A stretch of DNA of 63,233 bases, the filler included, from Octopus bimaculoides (taxonomy: Eukaryota), in NCBI RefSeq assembly GCF_001194135.2. It is 5 parts of 5 records of this genome, joined end to end, with 100 filler letters (N's around TTAATTAATTAA, not from the genome) between each part and the next. Parts side by side here need not be neighbours in the genome. Positions count along the whole stretch, not along the records: positions 1 to 24,205 come from NC_068983.1; 4 more parts are not named here. One strand, given 5' to 3'. The notes beneath the pieces are model-generated. The model was not told the DNA's origin. It did no database searches and was given only the letters and a program-made list of their open reading frames with translations. A program made the translations under genes and the position numbers. Below, piece by piece: positions 1 through 11,724 of this stretch (its first letter is position 1; each line of letters starts with the position of its first letter).

Positions 1-9
1 TATATATAT

Positions 10-75
<66 letters not shown>

Positions 76-76
76 C
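1..76. repeat. (TA)n/(TAGA)n microsatellite
   Basis: Direct tandem repeats. Confidence 0.97.
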
Positions 77-689
77 TTGGAGTTACCTGTTCAGCGGAAC
101 ATGGTATGGCTTCTTAGAATAACGTACTTAAAGAATATATATGTACGTTCTCGAACGAAATAAGACATCTTTTGGTGGCTTCAATGCTTTGAAAGACAAG
201 ACATCAGTATTTGTGTACGCTCATACGTCTGTCTGTGTGTATATACAGACACAATCCAAAAACCCATGATAGAAATTAAAAATACATAAACAATAGGGGT
301 AATTTCTCTCATTCCACGAGAAATATTTCATGCTAAATAGTTTTTGAATCTTACATGTGGTAACCAAATATCAGAGAAAAATGTAAAGAGACATGATAAG
401 GCCAAAGTTATAAATTTTCTTAAGGCAAAAGAAACTAATTTTTGTTAAGGTTGGAATTGGAAAAACATGCAGAAGATTTTAATATGAATGGTAAATAAAG
501 AAGGTGAATTCACAAGAATCGTTAAGCTTCGAAGATGCCTTGCAGGTATTAGTTACGGTCCCTTACATTTTGAGTTTGAAACCCAATCAGGGTCAGTTTT
601 TACCTTTCATCTCTCTGGGATCGATATCCTCTCACAAATTTATGAGATTTTGCCTATGTTAGAAATTATTGGTTTAAAATTTTGACACA

Positions 690-833
690 GGGCTAGAAGT
701 TTGGTGTGGGCGGGGTGGGATGAAAAGCAAAGTCGACCCCGGTGGAATTTGAACACTCAGAACACTCAGAACACTCAGAACAAAGCATTTTGTCTGAGTC
801 TATAACGTTTCTAGCTGACCACCAATGAAAATA
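690..833 (-). mobile_element. tRNA-derived SINE family A, truncated, with slipped B-box
   Basis: AAAGTCGACC..GGAATTTGAAC shared with the other family A copies; AACACTCAG x3 at 752-778. Confidence 0.75.
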
Positions 834-839
834 ATCGCC

Positions 840-1205
840 ATCATCATTGGCACCCCTCCTCTTCCTCTTCCTCCTCCTCCTCCCCCTCCTCCTCCTCCTC
901 CTCCTCCTCATCATCATCATCACCACCACCATCACCAACACCAACACTTCCACCACCTCTACCAACAACATCATCATTATCATAGTTACCACCATTACCA
1001 CCACCAGCATCATCATCATCATTATCCCCTTCATGACCTTCATCCTCACCACAACTACCGCCATCACAACCACCACCACCACCATCACAACAACCACCGC
1101 CACCATCATCATCATCATCATCAACATTACCACCACTACCACCACCGCTAGCACCGTCATCATCAACATCATCATCAACATTACCACCACAACCATCACC
1201 ACCAC

Positions 1206-1241
<36 letters not shown>

Positions 1242-1390
1242 CACCACCACCACAACCACCGCTACCACCATCATCATCATTATCATCAACATTACCACCA
1301 CAACCATCACCACCACCATCACCACCACCACCACCACCACCACCACCACTTATCATCATCACTACCACACAACTACCACCGCACAACCAA
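840..1390. repeat. Compound CCT/CAT/CAC trinucleotide microsatellite
   Basis: Tandem triplets; explains the poly-P/H/T/I ORFs. Confidence 0.95.
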
Positions 1391-1525
1391 CCCCCACCAT
1401 CGTCAACATAACCATTCTTTTAACGATTATCACAATAGTGGTCAGTCTTACCAATGCCAATGAACTAAAGAAACACCAAAAACATTATCGCCTTAGCACT
1501 CCTCAATATCCAAGACTGGCGAACA

Positions 1526-1530
1526 TTCTT

Positions 1531-1561
<31 letters not shown>

Positions 1562-1690
1562 TTATTATTATTATTATTATTATTACTACTACTACTACTG
1601 CTATTATTATTATTATTATTATTATTATTATCATTTCTTCCCCCTCCTCAGCATCATCGTCATCGTCGTAGTCGTCGTCGTCGTCGTCAT
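1526..1690. repeat. Compound CTT/ATT/ACT/TCG microsatellite
   Basis: Tandem triplets. Confidence 0.95.
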
Positions 1691-1811
1691 CAAGAATGTC
1701 TCTTTGAAGTTCTGGATGTAATAGCCATGTTCTGTGAGTAAAGAGATAAGGAGAGATGAACAAGCGTTTAGGAATAAGGTAAAGAGGGGATAAAATACCG
1801 AGAAACAGAGA

Positions 1812-1864
1812 TCATATAGAGATATATTCATACACTCGCACACACGCATATATATGTACATGTG

Positions 1865-1909
<45 letters not shown>

Positions 1910-2278
1910 ATGTATATATATATATGTGTGTATGCGCGTGCGTATAAGTATGTGTGTGTACGTGTAAATATATGTGTGTGTGCTTGTGTGTTTGTGTGCA
2001 TGTATATATATATATGTATATGCGCGTGCGTATATGCATGTGCATGTACCTATATATACATATGTGAGTGCGTATGTGCGTGTATATATATATATATGTG
2101 TGTGAGTGTACATATATGTATATATGTGTGTGTGTGCATGTATATATGTATATATATATACATGTGTGTACATGTGCCTATATATGTTTGTACCTATATA
2201 TACTTGTGTGTGCATATATATGTGTGTGAGTGTACATATATATATATATATATAATGTATATATATGTATGTGTGTAG
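1812..2278. repeat. Degenerate (TA)n/(TG)n tract
   Basis: Dinucleotide mosaics. Confidence 0.93.
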
Positions 2279-2327
2279 GAAGAGAAGTGGGGAGAGAAAG
2301 AGAGACATACATTATACAATAAAATAA

Positions 2328-2543
2328 TATTCTTTTCTACTATAGGCACAAGGCCCGACATTTTTGGGGAGGGGGCCAATCGATTAGATTGACTCCAGTA
2401 CGCAACTGGTACTTAATTTATCGACCCCGAAAGGATGAAAGGCAAAGTCGACCTCGGTGGAATTTTAACTCAGAACATAATGGCAGACGAAATACCGCTA
2501 AGCATTTCGCCCGGCGTGCTAACGATTCTGCCAGCTCGCCGCC
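2328..2543 (-). mobile_element. tRNA-derived SINE family A, near full length
   Basis: Minus strand GGCGGCGAGCTGGCAGAATCGTTAGC (A-box-like) ... GAGTTAAAATTCC (B-box-like) ... tail CCTTGTGCCTATAGTAGAAAAGAATA; many paralogs in window. Confidence 0.9.
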
Positions 2544-3168
2544 ATAGAGAGATTGTCTACATTAAGAAAGAGGTTTATTTCTTAAAGAAGGAAACAGTAC
2601 CAGACAGAAGTTTCACACGTATTAATTATAACCTTTTGTAAGATAATGGCGAAAGCAGAAAAGAATCCTACAAGGAAAACGTTGCTGATAAACATTTAAC
2701 TGAGTTTTCTTCCTTTTATTTCTTTCATCTTTATTTCATATGACTTCGTTTTCTCCCTCTCTCTCTCCCCCTCTCCCTCTTCCTCCACCTCTTTCCTTCT
2801 GTCATCTTCAGTTATCTCTGGCACTTGTTCTTCTGAAAGACTTGAGACTGAAATGCCAACAACTGGATTCCCAGTTCTGTGATGTACCCTGCTATCATAT
2901 AAATTATACCAGACCGTAAAATTGGATTGTAAATATATTGTATTTTCTGGGTCACATCAACAGATGGGTTGGTTGCCTTGTGTATAACATGTTCAGGTGG
3001 AAAGTTTTATAAACAACAGGAGATTTATTCGGTCGAGTTACAAATTCTGTAATAAAAAGAACAGTTTATTTTAAATGTGGGAGAGACGGACAGCACGCGT
3101 GCGCGCTACGCACGTATTTACACACTACCATCACACATTACCAACACACATATACACACATACGTACA

Positions 3169-3306
3169 TGGTTAAGAAGCTTGCTTCCTAGCCGTGTGGT
3201 TTTGGGATTCAGTCCCACAGCGCAGCACTTTGGGTAAATGTCTTCTACTATAGCCCCGGAAGTATTCTGTGTGGATTTGGCTGACTTGGTAAAAGGAGCC
3301 TGCCAC
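3169..3306 (+). mobile_element. tRNA/CORE-like SINE family B, 5' half
   Basis: TGGTTAAGAAGCTTGC..GGATTCAGTCCC..CTTTGGGTAAATGTCTT; homologous to 7769 and 52456 copies. Confidence 0.8.
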
Positions 3307-3337
3307 ACAATACATATATATATATATATATATATAT

Positions 3338-3478
3338 CAGTTTCCGTCTATCAGATCCGCTCACAAGGCTTTGGTCGGGCCGAGGCTAATAGAAAGCACT
3401 TGCCCAAGGCTCCACGCAGTGGGACTGAACCTGCGACCATATGGTTGGGAAGCAAGCTTCTTACCACACAGTCACGCT
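3338..3478 (-). mobile_element. SINE family B, 5' half, inverted partner of 3169-3306
   Basis: Reverse complement matches family B head through GGAAACTG. Confidence 0.85.
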
Positions 3479-3528
3479 TCTGTGTGCGCGCGCGCGTGTG
3501 TAGTTTATTCTTAAACAAGTATATTATT

Positions 3529-3575
3529 GACAGTGACTTCGAAGTTTCGGCCAGTTAAGCCATCGTTGGACTGCA
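3529..3575 (-). ncRNA. Degenerate minimal type I hammerhead-like motif
   Basis: GCAGT-CCAACGA-T-GGC..GCC-GAAAC-TTCGAA-GTC-ACTGT; helices I-III pair, core CUGANGA mutated. Confidence 0.5.
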
Positions 3576-3807
3576 ATGCATTACAGTTAATCTCGACTTT
3601 ATATAGTCTCTGCTGGGTTAAAGTCTTTCTTGGGTGTGTGGATTTGAGTTGGGGGATAATCAGGTTTTAGGGTGAGTTGTTGTGGAGAAATTTTTATTGA
3701 TTAAAGTTAGGGTGATGTTATCGTTTAGAATTTATTCACGTATGTAGAGCTTTGTAAGCAAGAGTATATGTTTAGGTGTATTTCATTGTTAGGTAGGCAC
3801 AGGATGT

Positions 3808-4601
3808 GGATCTTTATGGTTTGACGGGCAACACTTGTTTTCTTACCGAAACACTTTCAAACTTGGGACACTGGTAGAATGTGTCATACAAAACAACTTT
3901 TTCTCTTAGCCTTCTTAACAAAAAATTGTACATCGCAAGTTATTTCATGTTAAAGTTGTCATATTTCTGTAATTTCAACCAATCACTGACGTCTATTCAG
4001 CTGAATACAGTCAGTGCTCTTTTGTAAACAATAAATTTCTGCCGGTGTTAAGTGTGTTATTCCCTGTGACATATTTCATCCGGTTTAATCGTAATTTATA
4101 CGCATATATTGTTTATATAATAAATTACGCTGTGCGCATCTGTGTGTGTAACAATTTTTCGCTAGTACTCAGTAACACATTTTNNNNNNNNNNNNNNNNN
4201 NNAACCCTAAACTAGATTTGGCTACTATTTCTAGGAAATGAAGTACTTGGTGGAGGTGCATTAATAATTCTGCCAGCTCCAATAACAAGTGCAGGCAATA
4301 TTCAAGTATTTTGATGGCTTTTTCCCCTTTGTTTACGAACAGTCTAGTTAATCGGAAATGTCAGAACTAACGGGGATTAATACCATATACACCGTCACAG
4401 CACTAACTGTATTCAACTGAATAGACGTCAGTGATTAGTTGAAATTATCGAAATAAGACAATTTTTAACGTGAAATAACTTCGAATACAAAATTTTTTAT
4501 CTGTTCTATACCACAAAATATACAAGTATACGAAGTTTGAAAGTGTTTCGGTACCAAAAACACTACATAAAAACATGTTGCCCGTCAAACCATAAAGATC
4601 C
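3808..4601. mobile_element. Non-autonomous DNA transposon (MITE), about 210-bp imperfect TIRs, 8-bp TSD, Merlin-like termini
   Basis: TIR GGATCTTTATGGTTTGACGGGCAAC / GTTGCCCGTCAAACCATAAAGATCC; TSD CAGGATGT at 3800-3807 and 4602-4609. Confidence 0.9.
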
Positions 4602-4815
4602 CAGGATGTGTTAGCAGTTTAGTTACTTCTGATTTTAATGGATTTAATCCTTTGCTTTAAGGATGTAAGGGCCAAAGGTACAAAGTCCAGTATTTAAAGT
4701 CTTATTAACTAGGTGTGTCGAATTTTTTTTATAATGTAATTTTTTAGGGGTTCACAAAAGAATATTAGTGGGTGATAAGTTTTAACTGGTCAGTTTCTTT
4801 ACATGTTTCTTTCTA

Positions 4816-4975
4816 AATTTCGGCGCAAGGCCAGAAGTTTGGAGGGGAGGGGATAAGTGAATTACATTGACCTCAGGAATTGACTAGGACTTCATTTCAT
4901 CGACCCCGAGAGTGTGAAAGGCAAAATTAACCGCGCTGCAATTTGAACTCAAAACATTAAGGCATAGAACCAGAA
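4816..4975 (-). mobile_element. SINE family A, diverged
   Basis: ATCGACCCC..GAAAGGCAAA..TTTGAACTCA. Confidence 0.7.
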
Positions 4976-5062
4976 GGTACATCCTATTTGTCTATTTAAT
5001 TTCATTTTTGCACACGCACACACACACACAAACACACATATACACACATACATACATACAAA

Positions 5063-5175
5063 CAAAAATACCCTGTTGGTGATGTTCAAATTCCAATGAA
5101 GGAACCTGGACCTAGGTTACAAACCGGTCCTTTCTCTATTGGCAAGAAATCTTGAAATAAACTGAATAATGACAT
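5063..5175. repeat. Dispersed repeat F embedded in (CATA)n
   Basis: GTTGGTGATGTTCAAATTCCAATGAAGG..CTATTGGCAAGAAATCTTGAAATAAA; paralogs at 5490-5603 and 47820-47905. Confidence 0.8.
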
Positions 5176-5489
5176 ACATACATACATGCATACATACAGA
5201 TTACAATTTCAGGTTTATACTTGTAATTATCGGTGCACTGAGATATGTAACACACTACCTAAATACTAATCTTGAGAAATTAGGCTTCTGAAAAGCAGAA
5301 AGATGAAAGCTAATTCGAAGACTACAGATCCAATCCATCGCTGGAACTGCAAAAATCTGCAAAACTTTCCAGAAGTTTTTCATTTAAATATATATGAACA
5401 TGTCTAGATATGTAAGTATAGTCATGAAAAGTCATAAAACAAAACATACAAATTTGCACGTACATGCATACATACATACATACATGCAT

Positions 5490-5603
5490 ACAAAAATACA
5501 TTGTTGATGTTGAAATTCCAATAAAGGAGCTTTGAATCTAAGTTGGAAACCGATTCTTTATCTATTGGCAAGAAATCCTGAAATAAAACTGAACAATGAC
5601 ACA
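5490..5603. repeat. Dispersed repeat F, second copy
   Basis: Same core as 5063-5175, flanked by (CATA)n. Confidence 0.8.
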
Positions 5604-6168
5604 TACACACACGCGCAGAAGAAATGTCGCAAAGTATTTTGTCTGATGCGCTACCGATTCCGCTAGCTCGCCGCCTTAACCAGACTTATAACAGTAAAAG
5701 AGTTTCCTCTGATTATCATCTCATCTTGATTTCAACATGAGTGTACCTTGGAAAAAATTTCATATCTTTTAAGACATCGTTGTTTCATTTAAGAGAGATT
5801 AGGCTGTCATTTTTCGCAAGTCGGATAACCGTGTGGAGATTCCCTCATTGAATCGTTTCACATTCTGTTTATTGGTGGTAGTTTTTCCAGACTAATTAAG
5901 ATGTTAATGTTATTAGTCACTAATCCTCTCAATCGCTGGATTTCAACATCCCTCGAGCCCTGTTCCATTTCCAGTGCAACAGAAATGAAACAAACTAGAA
6001 TTAAAAAGCTGAATATTTTGGTCAATCCATTTTACACCCGACTGAACAGCTTACACATTTTATAGACACAGTCCCTGAAGATACATTCTGTTTATCTTCA
6101 TACTTTTCCTTATATATATGTATACATATATATATATAATATGGGTAGCTGTATACTTTTGCCTTTAG

Positions 6169-6230
<62 letters not shown>

Positions 6231-6269
6231 TGTATGTATGTATGTATGCATGTGTATATATATATATAT

Positions 6270-6870
6270 ATATCAAAATAAGCAACAAGGATATTCACAG
6301 GTAATGCAGTACGATCGTTTCAAGCAACTCCATTTAATTGAACAATGCAATCAATACATCAATTTAAATGCAGAGCAATCCTCAGCTGCATAAAGACACA
6401 AAATTTAATTAAATTAAAACAGATGGACACCTTAATATAATATTTCCTAAAATCTCCAAGAAGGTAAGGAGATAGATAGAGATAGATAGAGAACATGATG
6501 TCTTCACTTCAGCTTAGAAGCTACTAAGGTATCAGGAAGAAAGATTTGTTACAGATTTTGCTTGTCACTGTTTTATGGGGTCAGTTTTAATTTATAGACT
6601 AGTTTATCAAATCTTTGTATATCTAAGGGCAAAAGAGCAAGGAGCAATGCCTGTTAAGAAGTGGGCTGCAGGAGTCGACAGAAATCATAGTGGGTATAGT
6701 CATAAAAACTATCAAGATTTATTTGAAGCAATATCATGAGATTTGGTAAAGGAAATCTTAAATCAAGATGCTAGCTGAAGCTGTAAAATGTGAGAACCGA
6801 TGTTAACATCTGCTGGGCCGCTAATTTCCCCATCTGTGCAAAGTTTCCCTTCTATGTCTCAAATCATTAT
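6270..6870 (+). mobile_element. Paralog of the non-coding end of the Penelope-like element at 29164-30490
   Basis: Reverse-complement similarity over about 500 bp (CAAAATAAGCAACAAGGATA..GCAGTACGATCGTTTCA..GGGGTCAGTTTTAATTTATAGACTAGTTTATCAAATC). Confidence 0.75.
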
Positions 6871-7325
6871 ATNNNNNNNNNNNNNNNNNNNNNNNNNNNN
6901 NNNNNNNNNNNNNNNNNNNNNNNNNNNNNNNNNNNNNNNNNNNNNNNNNNNNNNNNNNNNNNNNNNNNNNNNNNNNNNNNNNNNNNNNNNNNNNNNNNNN
7001 NNNNNNNNNNNNNNNNNNNNNNNNNNNNNNNNNNNNNNNNNNNNNNNNNNNNNNNNNNNNNNNNNNNNNNNNNNNNNNNNNNNNNNNNNNNNNNNNNNNN
7101 NNNNNNNNNNNNNNNNNNNNNNNNNNNNNNNNNNNNNNNNNNNNNNNNNNNNNNNNNNNNNNNNNNNNNNNNNNNNNNNNNNNNNNNNNNNNNNNNNNNN
7201 NNNNNNNNNNNNNNNNNNNNNNNNNNNNNNNNNNNNNNNNNNNNNNNNNNNNNNNNNNNNNNNNNNNNNNNNNNNNNNNNNNNNNNNNNNNNNNNNNNNN
7301 NNNNNNNNNNNNNNNNNNNNNNNNN

Positions 7326-7404
<79 letters not shown>
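7326..7404. repeat. (TA)n(GA)n microsatellite at gap edge
   Basis: Tandem repeats. Confidence 0.95.
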
Positions 7405-7549
7405 GTAATGGAGAAATTGTACTAAATATATAAGTAGATGATGAGTAAAGCACCGGCACAGTTTCGATTACCTCTTGTTATCCGTAAATTTATTGCAGGA
7501 ACTTCGTAGTGGTGGTCGTAGAGATGGCATGTGTAATAGACTTTATTGG

Positions 7550-7589
7550 GTACAACACGTTTCGACCTGTTCTGTGTCTCTTCAGGTAC
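7550..7589 (-). ncRNA. Minimal type I hammerhead-like motif
   Basis: GTAC-CTGAAGA-GAC..GTC-GAAAC-GT-GTT-GTAC; intact core, 4-bp helix I. Confidence 0.6.
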
Positions 7590-7619
7590 ATCAATAAAAA
7601 GTCTCACTAAAGAGAAAGA

Positions 7620-7737
7620 GATAGATAGATAGACAGATAGATAGATACATACATACATACATACATACATGCATACATACATACATACATACATACATAG
7701 ATACATACACACATACATACATGCATACATACATACA

Positions 7738-7768
<31 letters not shown>
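7620..7768. repeat. (GATA)n/(CATA)n microsatellite
   Basis: Tandem repeats. Confidence 0.95.
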
Positions 7769-7769
<1 letters not shown>

Positions 7770-7936
7770 GGTGCTGGCATGGCTGTGTGGAAAGAAGCTT
7801 CCTCCTCAACCACATGGTTCCGGGTTCAGTCCCACTGTGTGGCACCTTGGGCAAGCGACGTCTTCTACTATAGCCTTAGGCCGACGAAAGCCTCGTCGGT
7901 GGATGTGTTACAGGGAAACTGAAAGAAGCCCGTCGT
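7769..7936 (+). mobile_element. SINE family B, 5' half
   Basis: GGCTGTGTGG..GGGTTCAGTCCC..CCTTGGGCAAG (CORE-like box). Confidence 0.88.
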
Positions 7937-7946
7937 GTACGTGTGA

Positions 7947-7984
<38 letters not shown>

Positions 7985-8189
7985 NNNNNNNNNNNNNNNN
8001 NNNNNNNNNNNNNNNNNNNNNNNNNNNNNNNNNNNNNNNNNNNNNNNNNNNNNNNNNNNNNNNNNNNNNNNNNNNNNNNNNNNNNNNNNNNNNNNNNNAT
8101 ATATATATATATATATATATATAAGTGGGACAAGAACGCAAAACATTCAGACAGTTAGGTGATACAAAAAAGGGACAACAAAACACGAT

Positions 8190-8231
8190 CTACCTAAAGA
8201 GACCCAGAAAAGGTCGAAACATGTGTAGTAC
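8190..8231 (+). ncRNA. Minimal type I hammerhead-like motif (G5A core change)
   Basis: CTAC-CTAAAGA-GACC..GGTC-GAAAC-ATGT-GTA-GTAC; same family as 7550-7589. Confidence 0.55.
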
Positions 8232-8274
8232 CCAATAAAGTGTATTACACATGCCATCTCCTATATAGAATAAG

Positions 8275-8370
8275 TACTAGGTTTACAAAGAATAAGTCCT
8301 GGAGTCGATTTCTTCGACTAAAACCCTTTAAGGCGGTGCATCAGCATGACCACAGTCAAATGACTGAAAT
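8275..8370 (+). mobile_element. SINE family B 3' tail fragment
   Basis: AATAAGTACT..GTCGATT..CGACTAAA..GGCGGTGC..CAGTCAAATGACTGAAA. Confidence 0.7.
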
Positions 8371-9079
8371 ATATATATAACGTTTGTGAGACATGTTTGT
8401 ACGTATGTAGCTTGGGTTTTCGTGATTATATGTATAAACAAAATGTGTGAAAATGTGAATATGTGTAGAATCAGTTTAAGTATATCTATGTATGTATATA
8501 TACATATATGCGTGTGTGTATGTGTGTGTGTGTGTTGTGTATGTGTGTACTTATGGCATGTGTGACACGCATGTGATTATATTTCAAACTTTACAGAAAT
8601 TAACAGTTCTATTCAATGAGCGTAAAATTTATGTTTCTATAAATACACAGAAATTCAAATACGAAAACAAAAAAAACAGAATTAACTGTGTTCTAATTTT
8701 TTGAAAATATAAGTTTAAAAAAAAAAAGGAATTTTCACAACTACTGTGTTCCAATCTGCACAGCCGATACCATGTTTACGAAGTGAGATGCGAGAGAAAG
8801 CATATACATGTGTGTGTGCTTATGAGAAAAAAGTGTGTGTGTGTGTGTGAGTGTTCGCTTGAAACCGTGAGAGAAAGAGGAGTGCTTAAAACATTTTTAT
8901 TAGTCTTTCACCATTTCTTTTCATAAATATTCTTAGTTTTTACCTCGGGGGGACCTCGGATCCGGGATATTTTCTCCTTCATGAATTATTCCGTTATGAT
9001 TTTGGACTTGTGTGCAAATTTTGGAAAACATTCGTTTAGAAATATTGGTAACGTTGCTTCAAGGCAAATAGACAAATGT

Positions 9080-9087
9080 TGACGCTT

Positions 9088-9130
<43 letters not shown>

Positions 9131-9157
9131 TACACACACACATATACAAACATGTAC

Positions 9158-9197
<40 letters not shown>

Positions 9198-9350
9198 GTA
9201 TAGAGAGAGAAAAAATGATATACATACACAAACGCACATACAGGCATATATATATGCATACATATATACACTCATGTATATGTGTGTGCGTGTGCGTGCG
9301 CGTGCGCGCGCGTGTGTGCGCGCGAGCGCATTTTTATACGTATGTGTGTG
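9080..9350. repeat. (CT)n/(CA)n/(TA)n/(CG)n compound microsatellite
   Basis: Tandem repeats. Confidence 0.92.
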
Positions 9351-10684
9351 GCGCTATGGATTAAATATATAATTAATAATTTTTTTTCTTCTTTGGTAGT
9401 CATGTTGTTACAATTTTTCTTTAACATAAAATAATTTAATTTTCATTTTCGTCTTTTATTTAACATGATTGAATATATTCCTGAAGGAGAAGAAAAAGAA
9501 AAAAAACGAACCAACTATTAAAAAGAAAAATGGAACGAAATAGAAAAGTGAGAGAGAGAATGAAAGAGACAGCGACAAAGAGCAAATGAAGGCTGCAATA
9601 AAAATATTGATGAATGGAAATAGGTAAAGCTCGTTCTGAACAAGAAACAAATGCACGTAAGTACTCGTCACTATCTTAGACTATATCTAGTTTTTTCGCT
9701 GTTAGTCAAAGAGGATTTCTACCACGTGATATAATAAAGCTTTTGTATGGCGGCTCGGTAGATACTTGCTTAATTCTAGCCACATCGAATTTCATTAGTG
9801 TGAAATATTTCAGCCGTGTAATAATGTTTAAATTGAGTTAAATTGTTTAACCTAGTGGGCCAAAAGAAAGAAATATAAAAGCTAATTAAATTTAACAAGC
9901 ATGATGTTACGGTTTTCGTCCGAGACAAAAGCTGTTCATAGATGTGTTGTGTTAAAAACACAATATATATTTGAGCCAGACGGAAAATTGTCACGGTAGT
10001 GGGTCACGAAAATGCTAGATGCATCTTAACCTTCTTGGGCCTCATCAATGACGTGTTCTGGCAGTCACTTCCCGAGACAAATTCTAAGTATCTTTATTCT
10101 CTCTTCGGCTTCATCTTTCTCTTGTACCGTGTCCCAGCCATTTACTCATAACATAGATTTAGTTGTCCATAATGTTGTACTGAAATGATATACAAGTCGA
10201 AATGCGTCTCCAGATGACAGAGAAAGCAGCCTCTTCACATACATCTGATATGGAATACTTGATTTTAATTTCAGTGTTATATTTTATGCTGAATATTATC
10301 TCTTAATAAATTGCTATAAACACGGCGAACAGCAAGCATTAGAACGATGATACACGTATTCATTATTAATACTTTCCGACAGATTCGAATTTTCTTAGAT
10401 TTATTAATTTATTGATTGAAAAGACATGAGATTGAAAGCCTAGGTGTCTCCAATTTCCTTTATCACAATGAATCGAGTTTGCTATAAATATACAATCGTC
10501 CGAAAGGTGAAGTCGTTTTCCAAATGACGAAATACAATAGCGATTAGCACATTCACGTTCGAATCTGACAGAGTGTATTAAGAATAATTATCAATGTTAT
10601 CGTAATTAAATATCAACTCTAACCTTGAATTGGGAAAAAAGGAGACAACCCAATTAAGAAAGCGATTTTGGGACCCAGATTTGA

Positions 10685-10725
<41 letters not shown>

Positions 10726-11157
10726 TGCATACATTTACAAAAGTACATGCGCATTATTTATATATCATATATATATAAGTGCGTGTGAGTTGTGTGTTAG
10801 TCTGCGTGTGTATTGTGAGTGTGTATACATACACACACACACATACATGCATAGACACTCCAAACACACGCGGCTGTGTCTACATCTGTATGTAAATACA
10901 TACATATTTACAGACATGTGTGTGTGGGGGGTGTAGTAGATGCAAGAACTATTAAAGATCATAGTAGTTAAGCTGCACGATAAAGGGAAAATATCGCTTA
11001 TTTTTATATTTTTATTTATATTTTCCTTTTTTTTTCCTCTTTAGAGAATTCGTGTGGACAATATAGCCGGCAGTTGACGCGGGAAGACCAACATAAATTT
11101 TTATTTGAACTTAGTACTAAATTTGTACTACTACTACTAATAATAATATTGGTAGTT

Positions 11158-11195
<38 letters not shown>

Positions 11196-11680
11196 AGCAG
11201 CAACAATGGCGATGGAATGAAAGATCAAAACAAAAAAGCAAAATATTGCAAGTGCTTTTCGTTATTTTCATTCTTTGTTTCGTTCATGATGGTCTTTCCT
11301 GCTTTTTTCTTTTTTTTTTTTTTTTTTTTTTTTTTTTGAAGTCCCCTTTGTTCCAAATTGGTTATTCTATCTCTTGTTTTGTTTTTTTTTTCACATCTTT
11401 TATTGTTATCTGTTGGCGGAAAATGATGATGGAATTTCTCTTTGTGTTTTATTCAAATATTCTTGGAGCCTATTTCTTTCTTTTATGTTCTTCTGTCATC
11501 ATTATTGTTTTGTCTTTATATTTTTGGGGAGGTTTTTTTCGGTTTTTTACTACATTTATTTTTCTTCAATTTTTTTCTCGTGGAACATCATCAATCACTT
11601 TGCATCATCCTTATTTCATACTATGTTATACCTTTCTTTCGTTAAATATACCACACACGCATATACATACATATATAAAC

Positions 11681-11712
<32 letters not shown>

Positions 11713-11724
11713 GAAATAAATTAT

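Larger units (their letters stand above)
3529..4730 (-). mobile_element. Probable Penelope-like element 3' end, interrupted by a MITE
   Basis: Ends in a hammerhead-like motif; sequence resumes across the MITE TSD; no convincing translation. Confidence 0.35.

Noticed and set aside
488-685. 65-aa ORF
   Set aside because: It overlaps a diverged SINE-like sequence and has no recognisable protein features.
693-2308. Long ORFs with poly-V/M/H/T/I/D and YI/HT repeats
   Set aside because: They are translations of tri- and dinucleotide microsatellites that are open in several frames, with no domain content.
9975-10150. Protein-like open frame RKIVTVVGHENARCILTFLG..
   Set aside because: No start codon, weak acceptor and no recognisable family.
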